Shown piece after piece: positions 8,901-14,555 of a DNA stretch of 16,956 nt. This DNA comes from Armatimonadota bacterium (GTDB lineage: Bacteria; Armatimonadota; Zipacnadia; Zipacnadales; UBA5352), in NCBI GenBank assembly GCA_034722055.1, contig JAYENL010000327.1:1-16956 (forward strand), in the 5' to 3' direction. Positions within the stretch are counted from its first letter, which is position 1. Every line of letters starts with the position of its first letter. The position numbers and the translations under genes were made by a program. The notes beneath the pieces were generated by a model that did no database searches, was not told where the DNA came from, and saw only the letters and a list, made by a program, of their open reading frames with translations.

Positions 8901-10796
8901 GAGAGCCTGGAGTATCAGTTCCAGGCCCTGGACCTCTACGGCGGCCAGGATGTGGAGATGAGCCTCGGCGATGGCGACGTGGTGTCCTACTGGAGCGCCG
9001 GACGGACCGCGGAGCCCTCCACGCAGGCCGCGCGCGAGTACTACCCGGAGGTGGCGGGCGTCCCCGCCGAGCAGGTGCGGGGCATGATCGAGGCCGCCGT
9101 GGCCGCCGCGCCACCGATAGTGAGACCCGAGGTGGCGGGAGCCGACGCGCCGGTGCTCGAGGAGCTATGGAGCTACCGCGAGACGCTAAAGAGCTACCTG
9201 CTGACCGGCAACCGGGCCATGTTCGCCGCCGTGGACACCGGCCTGGAGATCTCGGCCGAGCCCGACCCTCTGCCCCACAACGTCTTCGATCAGCCCCAGG
9301 AGCAGACCAACACGGTTGACAACATCGTGGACGGCGGGGTGCAGAGCACCGGGGACTGCGTCATGTGGGACGACGACCAGACCGTGACGCTGCGGATGGA
9401 CTTCGACCGCGTCTACGAGGTCGAGGACATCATCGTGAAGGCCTGGTTCGCGACCTCCTCGAGCAAGGACAAGCTCTTCCAGGTGCAAGACATCCGCATC
9501 GAGGCGTCCGATGACGGCTTCGGGCAGGACACCCGCGAGATCGCGCAGCTCACCGACACCGAGATGCACGGGAACTGGGGCGCGCCGGGCCACGCGCCGC
9601 ACAACTACGAATTCGAGGGCCTCGACACTCACGCCCGCAACCTGCGGCTGACGCTTACGCCGCGGGAGGGCACCGCCATCTACATCGCCGAGATCGAGGT
9701 CCGGGGGACCGCCGAGGGCATCGAGGAGATGGCGCTGCAGCCGGACTCGGGCGTGCCGGTGCACTCCTTCGTCGCGCTGCACGCCGCGGACCTCGATGGG
9801 GACGGCGCCGACGAGATCGTCGCCGGCTCCACCAACGGCAAGGTCTACGTCTTCGCGGCCGACGGCTCCCTGGCCTGGACGCGGGAGATCGGCGGTCGCG
9901 TGCTGGCGGTGAGCACCGCCCGGCTGGCCGGACATGACGGGCCGGTCATCGTCGCCGGCGGGACGGGCGCCACCGTCTTCGCCTACACGCCCGAGGGCGA
10001 GGAGCTGTGGAGCTTCCCGATTCCCCGCTACAAGGGCACCGGCGTCATCACCACCCTCTTCCCGGCCGACCTCACCGGCGATGGCAACCACGCCGTGGTC
10101 GCCGGCACAGAGGCCTGGCGCTACTACGCCGTCGATGCGCAGGGCCAGGAGATCTGGCGGGTGGAGAGCGTGCGCAAGTCCACGGTGGGGGCCGCCGCGG
10201 ACCTCGACGGCGACGGCAGGGACGAGGTGGTGGCCGGCACCGAGTATCACTGGTGGTCCGTCTACGATGACGACGGCTCGCAGATGTGGCGCTACAGCAC
10301 GCGCACCGGACCAGGCGTCAACGATGTGGTAGCGGAGGACGTCACCGGCGACGGCGCGCCGGAGGTGGTCTTCGGCGGCCGCGACAGCTTCCTCCACGCC
10401 CTCTCAGCGGACGGCACGCTGCTGTGGAAGTTCAACACCGGCGGGGAGGTCATGGGCCTGGCCGCGGTCCCGGCGGAGCAGGGCATGGACCTGATCGTCG
10501 GCTCCCGCAGCTTCAATCTCTACCGCGTGGACGGTGAGGGCAGGCTGGTGTGGCGCACCGACCTGGGCTATCCGGTGATGGGCGTGGCCATCTGCGCGTC
10601 GCCTGACGGAGAGCGAGTTGCGGCCGTCACGGAGGCCGGGGCGGTGCTGGTGGCCGCGCCCGACGACGGCGCTCTCGTCGGCCGCCACGAGCTGGGAGCC
10701 GCGGGCATCCGCACCATCGCCGCCGACCTGAACGGCGACGGCATCGAGGAGATCGTGGCCAGCAGCCGCGACGGGAATCTGACCGTGCTGCGTTAG
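5970..10796 (+). CDS. Large secreted modular protein (~1608 aa): CBM-like domain, GH20/GH115-type N-terminal alpha/beta domain, heparinase II/III-like lyase core, discoidin (F5/8C)-like domain, FG-GAP/PQQ-like beta-propeller
   Basis: Start reassigned from 5778 to ATG 5970 (AAAGGGAGA upstream; ATG 6003 is an alternative). Signal peptide ...LTALCALVAVGAFG. AIIVAP...VRDLTGAELPI motif. Lyase-like motifs HNHQ, PHEDCNGY, GGHHHYDGNS and YHSTALI. C-terminal DLDGDG repeats. Strong GC3 bias in this frame. Confidence 0.85.
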   Translation: MHRLTRINGQHMLRITGLTALCALVAVGAFGQEERQTTMLHDCDSLEGISVSGGADWPETTLELSTDEQYVSQGEASVHLSGVSPADATGNSYLSVDFDLGGVDLTRKAILFDIWTGVPENTQALYVRAYNAGGQCVLSYLNWSSPISGERTTVELVRSFSDVLAWEQKMVESDDLSNVARLRFYIGTHGKGVPFNCYIDNIRMTTSDIRSFMDVDEAKPSVRRTPIVEDGEPRAIIVAPADNEWGAVAAEVRAMVRDLTGAELPIASADDIDDEALRAQTAIVVGNVVANPRMLYLYSHGYLFADDVYPGDGGYEVRTVHDPWGTDSNALSIGASDPAGARAGITALRERLEAGDDLVLEEPLLLVELSDDATQRWGRAFQVEPDDEWLENLKEQAERDLETGRHTGLFGRAASVGLDYQLTRKDGYARGFVWLLQRAKEHRDTDPQTYGGPWGMDSDFRAYMVLPAWDVVEESPALTDEERLTATRVLFQWMQEAVVPSAAGTVGSTRVRHNHQTFPALGCMFAGEYFQKHYQAGEGRRWLTIADKCFQFQAQAFKPHEDCNGYQWLTLYHTLAYCLARPHFEYFDNGNAARDADYAIMGMDNLAYQVTYGDTGAYTGWWSEMPFLHGAEFYYRDGRYAWAINKKHEVSGRLSTGWYATDSEPTVPEDLIGAKAFPLDPHYYQSHGPAEDLPVEQTVDKVVFRNGFDPQDQYLLLDGLNNGGHHHYDGNSISRMTANGRIWIADASYMASLPKYHSTALILRDGQSEALPSYCQMEHMRDLPSVGFSETALTDYAGMDWHRNIFWLKGEWFLVADEMQAREAGDYSVRMLWHTIGDVELGEDGLSVEQQGQHCAIRMTPELRLMLEHDEEYGANWGGYEFIDEAVVHKMTGIWNGRLEEGEQVTLFTLLHPSGEQPSALHLTRLGPNQVAVTGEGADPTIVAVGGPDERISLAGQARIRGHAAVLRPGLLALLDAESLEYQFQALDLYGGQDVEMSLGDGDVVSYWSAGRTAEPSTQAAREYYPEVAGVPAEQVRGMIEAAVAAAPPIVRPEVAGADAPVLEELWSYRETLKSYLLTGNRAMFAAVDTGLEISAEPDPLPHNVFDQPQEQTNTVDNIVDGGVQSTGDCVMWDDDQTVTLRMDFDRVYEVEDIIVKAWFATSSSKDKLFQVQDIRIEASDDGFGQDTREIAQLTDTEMHGNWGAPGHAPHNYEFEGLDTHARNLRLTLTPREGTAIYIAEIEVRGTAEGIEEMALQPDSGVPVHSFVALHAADLDGDGADEIVAGSTNGKVYVFAADGSLAWTREIGGRVLAVSTARLAGHDGPVIVAGGTGATVFAYTPEGEELWSFPIPRYKGTGVITTLFPADLTGDGNHAVVAGTEAWRYYAVDAQGQEIWRVESVRKSTVGAAADLDGDGRDEVVAGTEYHWWSVYDDDGSQMWRYSTRTGPGVNDVVAEDVTGDGAPEVVFGGRDSFLHALSADGTLLWKFNTGGEVMGLAAVPAEQGMDLIVGSRSFNLYRVDGEGRLVWRTDLGYPVMGVAICASPDGERVAAVTEAGAVLVAAPDDGALVGRHELGAAGIRTIAADLNGDGIEEIVASSRDGNLTVLR
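9789..10793 (+). repeat. Intragenic FG-GAP/VCBS-like Ca-binding repeats forming a beta-propeller
   Basis: DLDGDGADEIVAGS, DLTGDGNHAVVAG, DLDGDGRDEVVAG, DVTGDGAPEVVFG and DLNGDGIEEIVAS alternate with G-x-x-x-W strands (GSLAW, GEELW, GQEIW, GSQMW, GTLLW, GRLVW). Confidence 0.85.
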
Positions 10797-10800
10797 GCCT

Positions 10801-12477
10801 TCAGTCGAGCTTGAAGACGACCGCGTCGTCCCACCAGACGACGTCCTGCTCGGACTGCTGGCCGCCGACCCATAGCAGGAGCACAAGTCGGCCGGCGCCC
10901 TCCGGCACGGTCACCACACCGACCATGCGCTGCCACTCGCCCTCTGATCCGTGCGTGCTGAGGAAGCGGTCTTTGTGCTGGGCGTGCCAGGAGCCATCGG
11001 CCGTCTGCCACCGGACCCTGACGGACGGGGTCCCCTCGCCCTGCAGCCGATACCACGCCGCCACCGCGCAGCGCTCACCCGGGGCGACCGCAACCGACTG
11101 GATCAGGCAGCCCTGTCGCACATCGCGCATGGTCGCTGCGCCCGGCGCCTCGTGCCCGACCTCGCGGTCCCAGCCCGGAGTGCCCTCCGAGCCGGCCGCG
11201 GCGCTCTGCCAGAAGCTCCATGCGGCCGGAGCGTTCTCCCGCTCCCAGTCCGCCGCCTGAGGGCCCTCGGGAGGCTCGGCGGTCTCCGCCGAGAAGTCAC
11301 CGTTGGTCAGCACGCTCTGCACGCCCTCAGCGGCCTCGGCGAGCACGCGCGCGGCGTGCTCCACCGGATCGGTCACCGCCCACAGCACCTCCTCGATGCC
11401 GGGCAGCAGCTCCGACCATCGCTGTTCGCCGGCACGGGGGTGCGGCGTGGGCCACCAACTCGCCTGCTCGCCGTAGAGCCAGACGTACTCATCGGCGGCG
11501 TTGAGCGCGCTCACCAGGTTCTCCTCAAGCCGCTGCAGTGGGGTCTGATCGCCGGGGTCGATGTACCAGGAGGAATCGGGCGGGTTGACATACGCGTCGA
11601 GATACACCCCGAAGCTCACCTGCACCTGCGCGCGGTAGGCGTAGCGATTCTCCGGTGAGATTAGCTGCTGGCAGGTGTTGCGGATCAGATTCGCGGCGTG
11701 CAGGTACTCGACCTCGCTGTTGAAGAGATAGGCGCGCTCGCAGCCATCGACGAGCGTCACGTCCTCGGTGACCGCGTCGAGCCAGCCGTCGATGAATGCC
11801 GGGTAGAGGCCGTACCTGTGTCCTGCCAGAGAGAGCGACGGATTGCGGGCCTGCTGGTTGAAGATCGAGAGCATGAAGAGGCTGAAGATGGTGATGTCGG
11901 GGTACTCCTCGACGACCGCCGCCATGACCTCCCGGCCCCGCTGACGGGCCATCTCTTCGTACTCCTCGAAGCTGTGCTCGGCGGCCTCCGACTGCTCCTG
12001 ATAGTCGAACTGCGGGTGACGGTAGCTCTCGGGATCGAAGAGGAGGCCGGCTATCCCGCCCTCCTTCGCCACGCGTGCGGCCGTCCGCCAGTGCTCCACA
12101 ATGATGGCCCAGCCCTCGTCGTCGAACCAGTCCACATCACCGGGTGTGGCCTTGATGTCCAGGAAGCAGTCAGTCAGCCGCTGTGGCCGCGCGGCGGCGA
12201 GATCCTCGATGATCTGATCGATGGCCTCCTGCTCCCAGACCTCGCGGCTGTGGGCGAAATCCAGGAACGGGGTGCCATTGCGACCCGTGAAACGCAGGGA
12301 GGAGCCCCGAAAGGGCTGCTGATCCATCAGCTCGAAGTTCTCCCGCAGTCGCTGCGCATTCGGCATATCCCAGCCGACGGCAATCAGCTTCTTCTGATCC
12401 GCAGCCACCTCACCGCGCAGTCCGACGACTGCGCAGATGAGCGCGAAGGCCGCGATCAGTCCCCGTGTGCGTAGCAT
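10801..12477 (-). CDS. Secreted hypothetical protein: putative TIM-barrel glycoside hydrolase domain plus C-terminal CBM4/9-like domain (paralog A), 558 aa
   Basis: ATG with GAGAGGG upstream; signal peptide MLRTRGLIAAFALICAVVG; GLLFDPESY motif; C-terminal domain starting VLTNGDFS and ending VWWDDAVVF; colinear with the neighbouring paralog. Confidence 0.8.
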   Translation of the reverse strand: MLRTRGLIAAFALICAVVGLRGEVAADQKKLIAVGWDMPNAQRLRENFELMDQQPFRGSSLRFTGRNGTPFLDFAHSREVWEQEAIDQIIEDLAAARPQRLTDCFLDIKATPGDVDWFDDEGWAIIVEHWRTAARVAKEGGIAGLLFDPESYRHPQFDYQEQSEAAEHSFEEYEEMARQRGREVMAAVVEEYPDITIFSLFMLSIFNQQARNPSLSLAGHRYGLYPAFIDGWLDAVTEDVTLVDGCERAYLFNSEVEYLHAANLIRNTCQQLISPENRYAYRAQVQVSFGVYLDAYVNPPDSSWYIDPGDQTPLQRLEENLVSALNAADEYVWLYGEQASWWPTPHPRAGEQRWSELLPGIEEVLWAVTDPVEHAARVLAEAAEGVQSVLTNGDFSAETAEPPEGPQAADWERENAPAAWSFWQSAAAGSEGTPGWDREVGHEAPGAATMRDVRQGCLIQSVAVAPGERCAVAAWYRLQGEGTPSVRVRWQTADGSWHAQHKDRFLSTHGSEGEWQRMVGVVTVPEGAGRLVLLLWVGGQQSEQDVVWWDDAVVFKLD

Positions 12478-12588
12478 CCTATGGACCCTCTCTCACATTG
12501 ATTTGAGCATAGTCAGCACCGTGGCGCCCAATGCAACGTCCGTTCATCGCTGTCTGGGCGTGGCCGCGGTGGCAGGTCTGTCCCGTCG

Positions 12589-14268
12589 TCAGAGCCTGAA
12601 GACCAGCACGTCATCCCACCAGATGACGTCGGCGGCGGACCGCTGGCCGCTGGCGTTCAGCAGCGGCACCATGAAGCCCGCCCCCTCCGGCACCGTGACC
12701 ACGCCCACCATCTGCGCCCACTCGTCGCGCGGGCCCGTGGTGTCGATCATCACGTCGAGGTGCGGGACGTGCCACGCGTTGTCCGGGGTCTGCCAGCGCA
12801 CCCGGATCGACGCATCACCCTCGCCCTCGATCCTCCGCCAGGCAACCACGCCGTAGCGCTCACCGGGATTGACCGCGACCTTCTGCAGGAAGCACCCGCT
12901 CGTCACCCCGGCCATGCGCGCCGAGCCCGGCTCCTCATGCCCGGTCTCGCGGTCCCACGCGCGCGTCCCCGAGGACTCTCGGTGCTGCCAGAAGCTCCAG
13001 CCCGGGGGCGTGCCCTCCTCCTCCCAGTCCGGCTGCGGCTCCCCGCCCTCCTCCGTCACGCTCTCCGGCTGGAAGTCGCCGTTGACCAGCAGGTTCTGCA
13101 GGTCAGCCCCCGCCTCGTGCATCTTCTGCAGCGCGAAACCGACCGGATCGGCGGCCGCGCGGAGCTGGTCCTCGATCCCCGGCAGCGCCTCGGGCCAGCG
13201 CTGTGCATCTGCGCGCGGATGCGGCGTGGGCCACCAGGAGGCCTTCTCGCCGTAGACCCACACGTACTCATCGGCCGTCTGCAGGGCGTAGCTCACGTTC
13301 TGGCCGAGCCGCTCGACGCGCTCCATCCCCTTCGGGTCGATGTACCACCTGTCATCCGGCGGGTTGATGTAGGGGTCGAGGTAGACGCCGAAGCCGACCT
13401 GCACCTGCGCCCGATACTTCGCCCTGTTCTCCGGCGAGACCAGCCGCTGGCAGTCACTCTTGATGCGATTGTAGGCGCCCAGGTAGTCAATCTGGCTGTT
13501 GAAGCGATAGGCCTGCTCGCAACCGTCCACGAAGGTGACGGTCGGCGGCGCCTCATCCAGCCAGCCATCGATGAACCCCGGCAGCAGATCGTAGGTGCCG
13601 CCGGCCAGCGCCTGGATGGGGTTCGTGCGCTCGGCGGCCATGGAGTTGACCGAGTTCATAAAGTAGCAGAAGAGGGTGATCTCCGGATACTCCTCAGTGA
13701 TCGCCTGCATCACCTCCCCGCCACGCTGCCGCGCCTTCTGGTGATACTCGACGAAGGTATGGTGCTCGAACTGTGGCTGCGAGGTCCACGCGAACTGCCG
13801 GTGCGGCTCGCGATAGGGCTCGGGGTCGAAGAGGATCCCGATCAGCCCGCCCTCGCGCGCCACGCGGGCGGCGATGCGCCAGTGCTCCACGATGCTGGCC
13901 CAGCCCTCATCGTCGAACCAGTCCACGTCGCCGGGGTTCGCGTTGACCAGCAGGAAGCGCTCCCACCCCGCCTTGGACGCCGCGTAGGCGGCCTGCAGGT
14001 CCTCGATCACCTGCTCGATGGCCGCCATGTCCCACTCCTCGTGCTGGAAGGCGAACCGGAACGCCGGGGTCTGACCCCGCCCGGTAAAGCGGATGACCTG
14101 GCCCTGGAAGGGCCGTTGCTCGACCATGTCGATCATGTTACGCAGTCGCTCGGGGTTGACCTGATCCCACCCAGTCTGGATCAGCTTCTTGCGGGGAAGG
14201 TCCTGGGCGGACACGCTCCTGGTCGATGCGACCAGGACGGCCAGTGCAAGGATCGCGAGTGTGCGCAT
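12589..14268 (-). CDS. Secreted hypothetical protein: putative TIM-barrel glycoside hydrolase domain plus C-terminal CBM4/9-like domain (paralog B), 559 aa
   Basis: Start reassigned from 14469 to ATG 14268 (GGGAGG 6 nt upstream; signal peptide MRTLAILALAVLVAS; length then matches paralog A). GILFDPEPY motif; NLLVNGDFQ...IWWDDVLVF tail. Confidence 0.8.
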   Translation of the reverse strand: MRTLAILALAVLVASTRSVSAQDLPRKKLIQTGWDQVNPERLRNMIDMVEQRPFQGQVIRFTGRGQTPAFRFAFQHEEWDMAAIEQVIEDLQAAYAASKAGWERFLLVNANPGDVDWFDDEGWASIVEHWRIAARVAREGGLIGILFDPEPYREPHRQFAWTSQPQFEHHTFVEYHQKARQRGGEVMQAITEEYPEITLFCYFMNSVNSMAAERTNPIQALAGGTYDLLPGFIDGWLDEAPPTVTFVDGCEQAYRFNSQIDYLGAYNRIKSDCQRLVSPENRAKYRAQVQVGFGVYLDPYINPPDDRWYIDPKGMERVERLGQNVSYALQTADEYVWVYGEKASWWPTPHPRADAQRWPEALPGIEDQLRAAADPVGFALQKMHEAGADLQNLLVNGDFQPESVTEEGGEPQPDWEEEGTPPGWSFWQHRESSGTRAWDRETGHEEPGSARMAGVTSGCFLQKVAVNPGERYGVVAWRRIEGEGDASIRVRWQTPDNAWHVPHLDVMIDTTGPRDEWAQMVGVVTVPEGAGFMVPLLNASGQRSAADVIWWDDVLVFRL

Positions 14269-14486
14269 GACACGCCTCCCCGACCAAAGATGATGTGCCC
14301 CAGAGGCCATTCCGTGCCGGCCGCGATCATTCCTGCCCCTATGGCGCTGGCCATCCTCCGGGCTGCTGGGCGAGCTGTCGGCGGAGTGTCGCGGCAGGCC
14401 TCCCGTCGATCTGTGGGGCCGCGATGCCCTGCTCAAGTCAGCCTGCCCGTTCGGTGACTGGTACGACACCCCGCTGCGGGACGGGT

Positions 14487-14523
14487 GACGAGGGTTCGCC
14501 GAGCCTCCGGCGAACCTTGCGTC
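14487..14523 (+). promoter_or_regulatory. Stable stem-loop upstream of the E1 fusion gene
   Basis: Perfect 9-bp inverted repeat ggttcgccg (14493-14501) / cggcgaacc (14508-14516), extendable outward with a G-U pair and a bulge; ends about 20 nt before the GGGAGG SD. Function not established. Confidence 0.4.
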
Positions 14524-14555
14524 GCGGATCTCGCGATCGTCCGGGAGGAATGGCC

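Noticed and set aside
12506..12536. Possible promoter for paralog A (minus strand TTGCAT...TATGCT)
   Set aside because: The spacer is 19 bp and the TG is mis-spaced for an extended -10. Plausible but too weak to call.
14269..14555. Overlapping head-to-head extensions of ORFs 12589..14469 (-) and 14295..16898 (+)
   Set aside because: Artefact of longest-ORF calling. SD-supported starts at 14268 and 14556 leave a normal divergent intergenic region.
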